64,000 bases of DNA from Halorarum halobium (GTDB lineage: Archaea; Halobacteriota; Halobacteria; Halobacteriales; Haloferacaceae): assembly GCF_032116555.1 (NCBI RefSeq), contig NZ_CP134949.1, positions 1,178,001-1,242,000 on the forward strand, read 5' to 3'. The notes beneath the pieces are model-generated. The model searched no databases and had not been told where the DNA came from. It saw nothing but the letters and a program-made list of their open reading frames with translations. The first letter of the stretch is position 1. Every line of letters begins with the position of its first letter. A program made the position numbers and the translations under genes. Positions 39,262 through 48,386 of this stretch are shown in pieces.

Positions 39262-40014
39262 CTACGCGAACTCCACCAGCGTCCCCTCGTACCGGCAGTC
39301 CTCCAGCGCGTGCTTCGCGCGGATGCCGGCCTCGTGGGCCGTCGTGCCGCGTCCGACGCCGACCTTCAACTGGACGTCGGCCTCGGAGGAGACGTGGTCG
39401 ATGGCGTCGCGGTACTCGTCGACGCCCAGTTCCGGGCAGACCGAGATGACGTTGTCGCCGCCGACGAAAAAGGAGAGCGCGCCGTGGGCCTCGCGCATGT
39501 AGCGCATGAGGCTGGCGTACGCCTGCTCGATGCTAATGAACGAATCGAACTCGTTGAGCCGGTCGGTGTACTTGCCGGTCGCGTCGTTCACGTCGAAGTG
39601 GGCGATCCGGAGGTCGCCCGCGCCGGGGTCGCCGACGAACTCGCCGTCGAGCGCCTCCGCGCGGTCGGCCGACTGCGCGCTCCCGGCGTTCTGGACGAGT
39701 TCGGTCGCGGTTTCGAGCGCCTCGATGGGCGACTCGTCCACGCCGGTTCCGAGGCTGATGGTCACGGGATACCGGTTTCCGATGGACTCCTGGAGGAGTT
39801 CGTGGTCGGACCGGTCGAGGCCGTTCGTCACGGCGACCATGTTGTCGAAGCGGGTGAAGAACGCGTAGCCGTCACGGGAGCCGACGAACTGCGCGAGGTC
39901 GGCGAACAGCCGGGACTGGAGCGTCTGGAGGTCCATCTCCCGGCGGGGCTCCGGCGTCACGGTCCACGGCCCGTAGTTGTCGATCTGAACGAGCGTGAGC
40001 TGCGTCGCGGTCAC
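39262..40014 (-). CDS. gch3: GTP cyclohydrolase III
   Basis: QIDNYGPWT, RFDN, HFDVND, FVGGDN, KVGVG. GTG start at 40014. Confidence 0.92.
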   Translation of the reverse strand: MTATQLTLVQIDNYGPWTVTPEPRREMDLQTLQSRLFADLAQFVGSRDGYAFFTRFDNMVAVTNGLDRSDHELLQESIGNRYPVTISLGTGVDESPIEALETATELVQNAGSAQSADRAEALDGEFVGDPGAGDLRIAHFDVNDATGKYTDRLNEFDSFISIEQAYASLMRYMREAHGALSFFVGGDNVISVCPELGVDEYRDAIDHVSSEADVQLKVGVGRGTTAHEAGIRAKHALEDCRYEGTLVEFA

Positions 40015-40194
40015 TGTACCGACGCTCCGGAGCCCCGACACATACGCGTTACCGTTCACGGTTTCGTGATGGGGTCGGTGTGGCCGGACCCGTCCCGGAC
40101 CCGAACGTGCGCCGCCGAATCGTGACGAACTCCCGATATCACGCGTGAGTCTGTCTGACAAAGGTTTATGTGCAACAGCGTGGTACAAATTGAC

Positions 40195-40338
40195 ATGGAA
40201 GAGCGCGATTCACCGTACGTCTTTCGCGACGAAACCGAGGGCCGCGTCGGCGACCGGGACCCCAACCCGGACGGGCACGACGTGGTCATCATCGAGGGTC
40301 GCGCGATGACGTACCGCGCCTACCGCGGGAACGAGTAA
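40195..40338 (+). CDS. Small acidic protein (47 aa), absent from ORF track
   Basis: MEERDSPYVFRDETEGRVGDRDPNPDGHDVVIIEGRAMTYRAYRGNE; high-GC3 codons; AAAGGTTTATG BRE/TATA about 25 nt upstream. Confidence 0.7.
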   Translation: MEERDSPYVFRDETEGRVGDRDPNPDGHDVVIIEGRAMTYRAYRGNE

Positions 40339-40439
40339 CCCCGCCGAGCGGGCGGCTGTGACGTTTTCGCGGCGCGAAGAAGCGGTGAGCGGTGCGACCG
40401 TCCCACCGGTCGGGTTCGGGGACGTCGCCGCCGGCAGCC

Positions 40440-40838
40440 TCAGAAGGCGTCGCCGGTGGCCGAGATGTCCGCGTGGAGCCCCTCGCGGAGCGCCGAGTGG
40501 ACGTGACAGATGTCCTCGCCGTGTGCGACGATCGTCTCGAGCGTGTCGTCGTCGACGTCTGCCTCGACGTAGATGTCGAAGCTGATGCCCGTGAGGTCGT
40601 CGTCGTCGTCAAGATCGGCCTCGGCGTCGATCTGGACCTTGCCGAGTTCTTCGTGGCCCTCCTTCTGGCCGCCGACGCGGAACGCCGGCAGGTAACAGGA
40701 CGCGTAGTCCGCGACGAGCACCTGGTTCGGCGTCGGTCCCTCCTCGCCCGTGGCGTCGACGGTCAGATCGAAGTCGCCGAGCTGGCTGGTGCTCACGAAG
40801 CCCTCCTCGCTGACTGTTGAGGTCTCGATGTCGGTCAT
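40440..40838 (-). CDS. OsmC family protein
   Basis: GPTPNQVLVADYASC...EDICHV (two conserved Cys). Confidence 0.88.
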   Translation of the reverse strand: MTDIETSTVSEEGFVSTSQLGDFDLTVDATGEEGPTPNQVLVADYASCYLPAFRVGGQKEGHEELGKVQIDAEADLDDDDDLTGISFDIYVEADVDDDTLETIVAHGEDICHVHSALREGLHADISATGDAF

Positions 40839-40931
40839 AATGCGTCCGGTTCGTTCGGTCGCGAGGGGCCTAAACCTTGCCGAACCGGTATGGACGACCG
40901 ACCGAGTCGGGACGGACCGGCCGTGCCGTAA

Positions 40932-41645
40932 TTACTCCAGCGTGAACGACTCGTCGCCGCCGAGCACGTGGACCTCGGCGTCGCTGCCGGTCGCTTTCAC
41001 CTCGCTCACGAACTGCTCGGTGTCGATCTCGATGGGCGGGAAACTGTCGTAGTGCATCGGGAAGGCGTGGTCGACGTCGAGCCAGTCGACCGCGATGGCC
41101 GCCTGTGCCGGCCCCATCGTGAAGTGGTCGCCACAGGGGACGGCGGCCGCGTCGGGTTCGAGGAACGGGCCGATGACGTCCTTCATCTCGGACATCAGGG
41201 CGGTGTCGCCCGCGTGGTAGAACGCCGTCGCGTCCGCGTCCGACTCCTGGGTCGGCTTCGTGTCGGAGATGACGTAGCCCGCGGGCATGCCGCCGGAGGT
41301 GCCGTAGCCGGTGTCGATGCCGTTCGAGTGGTCCGCCCGGACCATCGTGACGAACGCGTCCCCGAGTTCGACCGTGCCGCCGAGGTTCATCCCGGTCGAG
41401 TCGTCGACGCCGTACTCGTCGGCGAGATAGCCGGTTAGCTCCGGCGTGCCGACGAAGTGGGCGTCGCGGAAGCGGTCGCAGTCGGCGATGTGGTCGGCGT
41501 GTCCGTGCGTCAGGAGGACGTGGTCGGGGTCCAGCTCCTCCGGGTCCGTCTCGGTGTACGGGTTGTCGAAGAACGGGTCGATGAGCAGGTCCGTGCCGTC
41601 GACCGAGACCGACCAGGTTGAGTGGCCGTGCCAGGTGAGTTCCAT
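40932..41645 (-). CDS. Metal-dependent hydrolase (metallo-beta-lactamase fold, UPF0173)
   Basis: WHGHS, THGHADH, YHAGDT, PMHY. Confidence 0.9.
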   Translation of the reverse strand: MELTWHGHSTWSVSVDGTDLLIDPFFDNPYTETDPEELDPDHVLLTHGHADHIADCDRFRDAHFVGTPELTGYLADEYGVDDSTGMNLGGTVELGDAFVTMVRADHSNGIDTGYGTSGGMPAGYVISDTKPTQESDADATAFYHAGDTALMSEMKDVIGPFLEPDAAAVPCGDHFTMGPAQAAIAVDWLDVDHAFPMHYDSFPPIEIDTEQFVSEVKATGSDAEVHVLGGDESFTLE

Positions 41646-41788
41646 TGTCGCCATGACGGGTGGGAGTTCGGCTGACGGCCACATAAAATCGGTCGCCGAC
41701 CTGACGGCGATCGGGTCGATGCTCGGCCGGTCCTCGCCCGCCTCGCCGGACTCCAAACGGCTAAACCCGGACCGGCCGACGTGCCACC

Positions 41789-42526
41789 ATGCGACGCGCA
41801 CGAATCCGCGACCCGTCCGGCGCGGTCCGACGCGGCCGGTACGAGAACGGCACGGTAGAGGCGGCGGGAGAGACGTTCGACGTGAGCGACCCGGCGGTTG
41901 ACCTGCTCGCCCCCTGTGAGCCGACCAAGATCGTCTGTGTCGGCCGGAACTACGCCGCACACGCCGACGAGCGGGACGAGGAAGTGCCCGACCGGCCGAT
42001 GCTGTTCCTGAAGCCGCCGAACTGCGTCGCGCCGCCCGGCTCGACCGTTCCGCTTCCGGCCGGCAAGGAGCAGGTGGAACACGAGGCCGAACTGGCCGTC
42101 GTCGTCGGCGAGCAGGCCAGGAACGTCGCCGCCGTGGACGCCTGGGACGTCGTCGAGGGCATCACCTGCATGAACGACGTGTCGAACCGGGACGACCAGG
42201 ACCGCGAGCGGAACTGGGTCCGGGGGAAGGCGTTCGACGCCAGCGCCCCGCTGGGCCCGGTCGTCGCCGACGCTGAGGACGTGCCCGCGGACGCGGCCGT
42301 CGAACTCCGCCTGAACGGCGAGCGCAGACAGCACGGCACCCGGGACCAGTTCATCTTCGACGTGCCGACGCTGATCGAGGAGGTCACGACGTACCTGACG
42401 CTCGAACCCGGCGACGCCGTCTCCACGGGCACGCCGGCCGGCGTCGGCCCGCTCGCCGACGGCGACCGCGTCGAGGTCGAGGTCGAGGGCGTCGGGGTCC
42501 TCGCACACGACGTCAGTCGGAACTGA
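41789..42526 (+). CDS. Fumarylacetoacetate hydrolase family protein
   Basis: [32 protein letters not shown]. Confidence 0.9.
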   Translation: MRRARIRDPSGAVRRGRYENGTVEAAGETFDVSDPAVDLLAPCEPTKIVCVGRNYAAHADERDEEVPDRPMLFLKPPNCVAPPGSTVPLPAGKEQVEHEAELAVVVGEQARNVAAVDAWDVVEGITCMNDVSNRDDQDRERNWVRGKAFDASAPLGPVVADAEDVPADAAVELRLNGERRQHGTRDQFIFDVPTLIEEVTTYLTLEPGDAVSTGTPAGVGPLADGDRVEVEVEGVGVLAHDVSRN

Positions 42527-42585
42527 GACTCCAGGGCTCGGAACTCGCCCGCGCCCCGACTCCGCGATTTCCAGACGCGTCCCGC

Positions 42586-43230
42586 TCAGATCCCGGACAC
42601 CAGATCCCTGAGCACCGCCCGCGGGTCGTCCGCCTTCGCCACGCCGCTGGCGAGCAGCACGCCGGACGCGCCGAGGTCGGCGGCGGCCGCCACGTCCTCG
42701 CCGTTCGAGACGCCGGCACCACAGAACAGCTCGACGTCCTCGTCGACGGCGGCGACGGCGGCCGCGGAGTCCTCGACGATGGCCGGGTCCGCCGAGGCGA
42801 CGGAGACGTCGCCGCCGATGAGTTCCGGCGGTTCGACCGCGACCGCGTCGGGACCGAGCGCGGCCGCCGCGGCGGCCTGGTCGGGGTTGTTCGCACAGAC
42901 GACCGTCTCCAGCCCCGTCCGCCGGGCGGCCGCGAGCGAGCCGTCGACGTCCGCCAGTTTGATGCGCCTCTCGGAGTGGTTGAGGAGCGTCCCGGCCGCG
43001 CCGGCGTCGGCGACGGCCTCGGCGAGCGTCGAGCCGGTGTGGCTCCCGTGGCCGACCGGCGAGACGTGCTGGGCCCACGTTTCGACCCCGGTGGCGGCGA
43101 CGCTGGACAGCCGTGCGGCCTGCGGCGCGACGGTGATTCGGGCGCCGGACTCGGCCGCGACGTCGGCGACGGCTTCGGCGACGTCGACCGCGTCACAGGG
43201 GTACGCCTTCAGGTTGACGAGGATGAACAT
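42586..43230 (-). CDS. tpiA: Triosephosphate isomerase (archaeal type)
   Basis: [32 protein letters not shown]. Confidence 0.95.
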   Translation of the reverse strand: MFILVNLKAYPCDAVDVAEAVADVAAESGARITVAPQAARLSSVAATGVETWAQHVSPVGHGSHTGSTLAEAVADAGAAGTLLNHSERRIKLADVDGSLAAARRTGLETVVCANNPDQAAAAAALGPDAVAVEPPELIGGDVSVASADPAIVEDSAAAVAAVDEDVELFCGAGVSNGEDVAAAADLGASGVLLASGVAKADDPRAVLRDLVSGI

Positions 43231-43323
43231 ATCTGGGTCGGGGGTCGGTCGGGAGAAAGGCGTGGCGGTTGCGGCGGCGTTACCGGTGGGGGGCGTGGCG
43301 GCGGCAGTTCGTGACCGTCGGGG

Positions 43324-43857
43324 TCAGTTCTCGTTCCGCTTTACCACGTCGCCGAGCGTCATCGATCCGGACGACTCCGAGGACCACTCGGACTCGTCGG
43401 TGTCCTCGCCCTCCACGAGCGAGATGTCGAGCGCCTTCTCCAGTTTCCGCTGGACGTCGTCGCTCGGCAGGATCTCGCCGCGCTCGAGCTTCCGGATGAC
43501 GCTGGCCTTCTCGTTCAGTTCCTTCGCGAGCTCCTCCTGGCTCAGGCCGGCCTGCTCGCGCGCGGTTCGAAGTCGGTCGTCGTAGTCGGTCGCCACCGTG
43601 TCCATCTCGTCGAACATGTCGCGCCGGCGGCGCGTCGACGACGAGGACGAACTCGAGGAGGACGAGGAGGAGGACGAAGACGACCCGCCCGAGGAGGACG
43701 ACGTCGAGTACTTCGTCGAGGCGGACGACCCGCCGGCGTCCTGCGTGACCGCCGTCCCGAAGTCCGAACAGTCGTCACAGAGCTCCAACTCGGCACCTTC
43801 GACCTTCGTGGTGGTGAGCGAGGGCTTCTCGGCGCCACACATCTCACACTGGGGCAT
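43324..43857 (-). CDS. mbf1: Archaeal multiprotein bridging factor aMBF1
   Basis: Zn ribbon CEMCG...CDDC, poly-Ser linker, HTH LSQEELAKELNEKASVIRKLERG, TLGDVV. Confidence 0.92.
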   Translation of the reverse strand: MPQCEMCGAEKPSLTTTKVEGAELELCDDCSDFGTAVTQDAGGSSASTKYSTSSSSGGSSSSSSSSSSSSSSSSTRRRRDMFDEMDTVATDYDDRLRTAREQAGLSQEELAKELNEKASVIRKLERGEILPSDDVQRKLEKALDISLVEGEDTDESEWSSESSGSMTLGDVVKRNEN

Positions 43858-44002
43858 ACCAGACCGTAGCGCGCTCCCACTGATAAAACGTGCGCCCCGC
43901 GGGTTCGTCGACGGGAATCTCCTGCCCGGTCGCCGACTTTCGAGGTGATTACCGGATACGGTCGCGTACAAGCCGGAAACTGGAGTTCTTTTTACAGCAT
44001 GA

Positions 44003-44036
44003 CTATCAGAATGTTTCAGATAGATTCAGTATAAAA
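44003..44036 (+). promoter_or_regulatory. Palindromic operator plus TATA box of the small-peptide gene
   Basis: CTATC-A-GAA-TGT-TTC-A-GATAG (44003-44023, 16/21 self-complementary) followed by TATAAAA (44030-44036) about 21-27 nt before ATG 44057. Confidence 0.65.
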
Positions 44037-44056
44037 CAAACCGTTTCGAGACCCGT

Positions 44057-44191
44057 ATGCCCGAAAACACTGCGATGGCGGCGTTCCTGGCGGAGCACCC
44101 GAAGCTGATCGGCGCACTGTTCACGATGACGCTGTTGCTGTCACAGGCCGGTGCGGTCGCGGCGAACGGAAGCTCTACTGCTGGTCCGTAA
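44057..44191 (+). CDS. 44-aa signal-peptide-like precursor (DUF7503-like), absent from ORF track
   Basis: MPENTAMAAFLAEHPKLIGALFTMTLLLSQAGAVAANGSSTAGP*; TATA at leaderless spacing; stop overlaps the 3' end of the convergent large ORF. Confidence 0.8.
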   Translation: MPENTAMAAFLAEHPKLIGALFTMTLLLSQAGAVAANGSSTAGP

Positions 44192-46367
44192 GTTCGGCCA
44201 GCCGTCGGCCCGTTACCTCGTCGCTCCACCGTATCTCGGTCGCGACTTCGATGGGAGACCTGGCCATGGTGAAGGCCCCGTCGAGCTCCGGGACGGGAAT
44301 CGGGACCGGTTCCCCCCGTCCGGAGCCGATGAACCGTTCCTCGTCGTCCCCGAAGTGGCCCATCGACATCGTTCCCAGATCGAACGACGACGTCGGATAG
44401 CACCGTGGCGTGGCCAGCACCCGGTCGCCGTCCGGGTCGTCCTCCAGTTCGATCAGCATCGCCGCCCCCGTCGCACACTGGCACAGCTGGACCCGCGGGT
44501 CCCCGACGATCGTGTACGCGCTCCCCGCGAACGGGCCCCGACCGACGACGTCCAGGGCCGCGTCCAGCGGGAACCCCACGTCGAGCAGCCGTGCCAGGTC
44601 GCGGCCGACGCGCGTGGCCAGCGAGTTCGGGAGCTCGGTCAGCGACACGACGCCGCCGAGCGCGCCCGCCTCGACGAGCGCCATCCCCTGTCGGTAGGAC
44701 GTACAGGCGTTCAACAGGAACGCGTCGACGCCGGTTTCCTCGAGCGCTTCGAGGTCGAGGAAGCCGTCGGGACACTTCACGCCGCGCTCGTCGACGTGGC
44801 CGACGTAGTGGAAGAAGTCGTGGTCCTCGGCCAGCAGGTCGGCCAGCTCCCCGACCGTGAGCTCGCTGTCCTGTCGAACGTCGAACGCGACGTGATCCCG
44901 GAAGCCGTACACCTCGTCGGCCTCCTCCGCCATCCGGTCGTCGTTGCAAACGACGGTGACGTCGATGGTCAGGTCCGCAGAGAGCGTCCGGTCGAGCCGG
45001 CTGCGGTACGATTCGACCGTCGGTTTCGACGCGCGCATCGGGTAGCCCGGACCGACCCACGCGAGCGACGTGCTGTCGGCGGGGCGCGGCGAGACGACGG
45101 CGTTCCCCTCGTCGGTGACGTTCTGTGTCGGCCCCCTGAGCCAGGGGCGCGACTCCGACCTGTCGCCGGCGCTCCGTGTGAACGCCGGCTCCTCGTCGCT
45201 GCGGACGAACTCGTCGAGCGGACCGCTCCCGTTCCCGCCGGGGACCGTCGGCGCCGGCGGCGGTGAGCGGATCGTCGAGAGGTCCGACGCGAGGAACGGG
45301 AGGATCGCGGCGTTCTCCGCGACCGGCTTCACGTCCGTCGTCTGGGGCCAGTCGATCGCCCCCTCGGTCGCCGACGTCGGCACGTCCAGATACGCGGCGG
45401 TTCGGTCCGCGAGGCTCGCGTCGTACCACGTCCGCCACGGCGGGTCCAGGCTCTCCGAGAGCGCCCGGTGGACCTGCAGGTCCACGTCGTAAAGCCCCGC
45501 CTCGCAGGCTCTCGTGGCACAGTCGAGCGTGAAACAGTGCCGAAGGATCGCGCCGAGTTCATGCGCCAGCCCCTCGCGGTCGGCCGGAAGCCGTCGGGTC
45601 GTCCCGCCCGCGGAGAGATACGGGTCGTCGCTCTCGACGATGCTCGCGGCGAGATAGTAGGCGACCGGTGCCGCCGAGAACAGCGGGCCGTACTCGAAGG
45701 GAACGCCGAGCGTCACCCCCGTCCCAGCGCGTTCCACCAGCGACGGGACGTCGAGCGAATCGCCGGTCTCGATCAGCGGCGGGTGGCCACGGAGCGTGGG
45801 GAACGACCGTTCCGGCGAGGTCGTCGCCAGCGCCGAACCGAAGGTGGACAGCGCCGCGGCGACGTCCGCGGGCTCCTCGGTCACGGTGATCGTTCCGGCC
45901 GGGGTCTCGTGGCGCGAGCGCGCGCCGATCCGGACCGCGGCGGGACCGTCGTCGAGGGAGACGGTCGGATAGCGGCCGTCGTAGTCGACGGACGCGGGGC
46001 CCTCGATCGAGAGGTACGCCTTCACGGGTGCGGTCGACAGTTCGAGGACGTGCTTTCCGGCCGGAACGGCGACGGAGCCGTTCGCCGTCAGCGTCTCGAC
46101 CAGCGAGTTGTCCGGGGTCCGGACGTACACGTCCGCCGTACACAGCGGCGTGACGTGCCGTGTCTTCGCCTCCCAGCAGCCGTCGACGGGCGTCGGGAAC
46201 GCGTTCCCGGCATCGACGCGGACCGGACGGTCGTCGTCCCCGTCGAGCCTGAACGGCAGTTTGACCTCCTCGATCCTGTCCGTGATCTCGTATCCGGCCG
46301 CACCGTCGGCCGGGACGATCGAGAGGGCGTCCGTCGGTTCGTCCGCTGTCTCGTTCACGCGACTCAC
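44175..46367 (-). CDS. Large cytoplasmic protein with C-terminal CHAT/caspase-like (clan CD) protease domain
   Basis: DFFHYVGHVD...AFLLNAC...GGVVSL...LARLLDVGFPLDAAL...YTIVGDP. GTG start at 46367 overlaps the upstream TGA (GTGA). Confidence 0.75.
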   Translation of the reverse strand: MSRVNETADEPTDALSIVPADGAAGYEITDRIEEVKLPFRLDGDDDRPVRVDAGNAFPTPVDGCWEAKTRHVTPLCTADVYVRTPDNSLVETLTANGSVAVPAGKHVLELSTAPVKAYLSIEGPASVDYDGRYPTVSLDDGPAAVRIGARSRHETPAGTITVTEEPADVAAALSTFGSALATTSPERSFPTLRGHPPLIETGDSLDVPSLVERAGTGVTLGVPFEYGPLFSAAPVAYYLAASIVESDDPYLSAGGTTRRLPADREGLAHELGAILRHCFTLDCATRACEAGLYDVDLQVHRALSESLDPPWRTWYDASLADRTAAYLDVPTSATEGAIDWPQTTDVKPVAENAAILPFLASDLSTIRSPPPAPTVPGGNGSGPLDEFVRSDEEPAFTRSAGDRSESRPWLRGPTQNVTDEGNAVVSPRPADSTSLAWVGPGYPMRASKPTVESYRSRLDRTLSADLTIDVTVVCNDDRMAEEADEVYGFRDHVAFDVRQDSELTVGELADLLAEDHDFFHYVGHVDERGVKCPDGFLDLEALEETGVDAFLLNACTSYRQGMALVEAGALGGVVSLTELPNSLATRVGRDLARLLDVGFPLDAALDVVGRGPFAGSAYTIVGDPRVQLCQCATGAAMLIELEDDPDGDRVLATPRCYPTSSFDLGTMSMGHFGDDEERFIGSGRGEPVPIPVPELDGAFTMARSPIEVATEIRWSDEVTGRRLAELTDQQ

Positions 46368-47167
46368 CCGAGCGGATGCCAGCCGGTCGATCCCCACCCG
46401 TCGATGTGCCAGCGCTCGTCGGGGACGACCGCGCGGTCCCGGAGCCTGAGCTCCACGACGACGTCCAGCCGGTCGGCGAGCTGGGTCACGACGGCGTCGA
46501 CGACCGGGTCCGAGCGGACGTCACCCTCACCGTCGGCTGCCGACCGTCGGGGCAGGTGGAACTGCGCCATGCCGTCCCGCTTCCCGACCGCGGACGTGAC
46601 GTCCCGCAGCAGCGCGCCCGCCGCCGCCTCGCCCAGCGCCGCACGGATGCCGTCGACGCGGAACAGGCAGACGCGAAGCCGCATCCCGTCGTCCCGACCG
46701 CGTTCCTCGCTCCCGTTTTCGCCGACCGCGTCGCCGTCCTCCGCGTCGGCCACGGTCGCGATCGCGTCCAGAAACCGCGAGCGAAACGTTCCGTCACCGT
46801 CAGGCGGGACTCCCCGGTCGCCGGCCGGGGACCCGGAGGCGGCGGCCGGGTCGCGGAGGGGGTCGTCCATCCGGACGACCGCAGCGCCGTCCTCGGCCGC
46901 GGTGACCCCGCCGGGGAACCACGCGTCCGGGCGCGGCGCGTCGTGGGTCAGCCCGAGCACCCGCCGGCGCGGGTACGACGGGTCGCCGAAGTACCGCGCG
47001 GCCGCCACCCGATGTGCGTCGGTCGGCACGTCGCCCGTGACCAGCAGGCGACAGCCGTCATCGAGCGCGTCGAGCGCCTCCCCCAGCGAGGGGTCGGCTC
47101 CCGTCGTCCGGCTCCCGGACCCACCGAGCGATTCGACGGGCCCGGCGTCGGCCCGTTGTCCGTTCAT
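46364..47167 (-). CDS. Degenerate RecA/KaiC-fold protein (DUF7504-like)
   Basis: GCRLLVTG (no intact Walker A), LRVCLFRVD, GMAQFHLP, LDVVVELR, ERWH...STGWHPL. Confidence 0.65.
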   Translation of the reverse strand: MNGQRADAGPVESLGGSGSRTTGADPSLGEALDALDDGCRLLVTGDVPTDAHRVAAARYFGDPSYPRRRVLGLTHDAPRPDAWFPGGVTAAEDGAAVVRMDDPLRDPAAASGSPAGDRGVPPDGDGTFRSRFLDAIATVADAEDGDAVGENGSEERGRDDGMRLRVCLFRVDGIRAALGEAAAGALLRDVTSAVGKRDGMAQFHLPRRSAADGEGDVRSDPVVDAVVTQLADRLDVVVELRLRDRAVVPDERWHIDGWGSTGWHPLG

Positions 47168-47286
47168 GAACGTCCGGTCCCGTCGTGAGAACAAAAACGT
47201 TCGCCCAGCCGACGGTTCCCCTCCTCACGGCAGGATCGAGAGCCGGCCGGTCGGATCTGCCACGGCCGGGTAGGCGGACCCGGAGC

Positions 47287-47892
47287 TCACTCGATGTCCG
47301 ACCACGCGCCCCAGAATCGCTGGAGCGCGGTCAGGTGTCCGACGACCGCGAACAGCACCAGCAGCAGCGAAACGACGCCGAGGCCCGCCACGAGCGGCCC
47401 GGGAACCACCGCGGCGACGACGCCGGCGAGGCCCACGAGCGCCAGCCGATCCGCCCGGCCGAGCAGGCCGCCGTACTCCCGGCCGATGCCGACCGCCTGG
47501 ATCTGCGTGCCGAGATACGAGGTCATCAGCACGCCCGTCACCGCGGCGAGCCCGAGCCCGTATCTGCCGACGCCGGCCGCGAGCCCGACCAGGACGGCGA
47601 TGTCGGCGTAGCGGTCCAGCACGTGATCGAGCAGGTCGCCCCCCGAGGATGCGACGCCCTGCTCGCGCGCGAGCGCGCCGTCCACGAGGTCGAGCCAGCC
47701 GTTGAGGAAGACGAGCAGCGATCCGGCGACGTACCACGGCGGCTCGGCGACGCCGAAAGCGACGCCGGCGGCGATCGCACAGCCGAAGGCGACGACGCTC
47801 ACGGCGTCGGGCGAGAGGCCGAGCGCGTCGGCGACCCGGACGAACGGGGAGAGCCCGCGGTCGGCGACGTGGCGGAACCGGTCCAGCGTCAT
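47287..47892 (-). CDS. CDP-alcohol phosphatidyltransferase
   Basis: DLVDGALAR...GDLLDHVLDRYAD motif. Confidence 0.92.
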   Translation of the reverse strand: MTLDRFRHVADRGLSPFVRVADALGLSPDAVSVVAFGCAIAAGVAFGVAEPPWYVAGSLLVFLNGWLDLVDGALAREQGVASSGGDLLDHVLDRYADIAVLVGLAAGVGRYGLGLAAVTGVLMTSYLGTQIQAVGIGREYGGLLGRADRLALVGLAGVVAAVVPGPLVAGLGVVSLLLVLFAVVGHLTALQRFWGAWSDIE

Positions 47893-48386
47893 CGGTACTC
47901 CAGGAAGTCAACCTCGCCCGCGGAGGGGTCGCGCTCGCCGGCAGCGACGGCGGCCAGTTCGGCGGCGACCGCCTCGGGCGTCCGGTCGGTCGTGTCGATC
48001 TCGTACACCGCGTCCGCGCCGTGCTCCGCGACGGCCTCGCCGAGCACGACGTCGAGCGCCTCGCTCTCGCGGTTCTCCGCGGCCTTCGCCTCGGGTTCGC
48101 CGCGCTCGCGGAGCCGCCGTTCGAGTTCGTCCGGTCGGCACCGGAGGACCGCCACCCGGTTGGCCTCGAACCGGTGTGCGAGGTGCGACTCCAGTACGCC
48201 GTCCCAGTCGCCGAGGTGCTCCCGGCAGGCGTCGAGGTCCACGACGAGCGTGTCGCGCTCCCCGTCGCGCTCGCTCCAGAGGCCCGCCTCGCGGACGACG
48301 TCGTTCAGGTGGACGACCTCGCGGTCGAGCGCCGCCGTCGCGCTCGTCTTTCCCGTCCCGGGCGTCCCGGTGACCGCGAGCCTCAC
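47889..48386 (-). CDS. Adenylate kinase, AK6/Fap7-like
   Basis: VTGTPGTGKT, ESHLAH, LRCRP, EN.ESEA. GTG start overlaps the hisC stop. Confidence 0.88.
   Translation of the reverse strand: MRLAVTGTPGTGKTSATAALDREVVHLNDVVREAGLWSERDGERDTLVVDLDACREHLGDWDGVLESHLAHRFEANRVAVLRCRPDELERRLRERGEPEAKAAENRESEALDVVLGEAVAEHGADAVYEIDTTDRTPEAVAAELAAVAAGERDPSAGEVDFLEYR

Noticed and set aside
43630..43720. GAG/GAC trinucleotide-like repeat and acidic plus-strand ORF 43598-43948
   Set aside because: It is the reverse complement of the poly-Ser linker of aMBF1.
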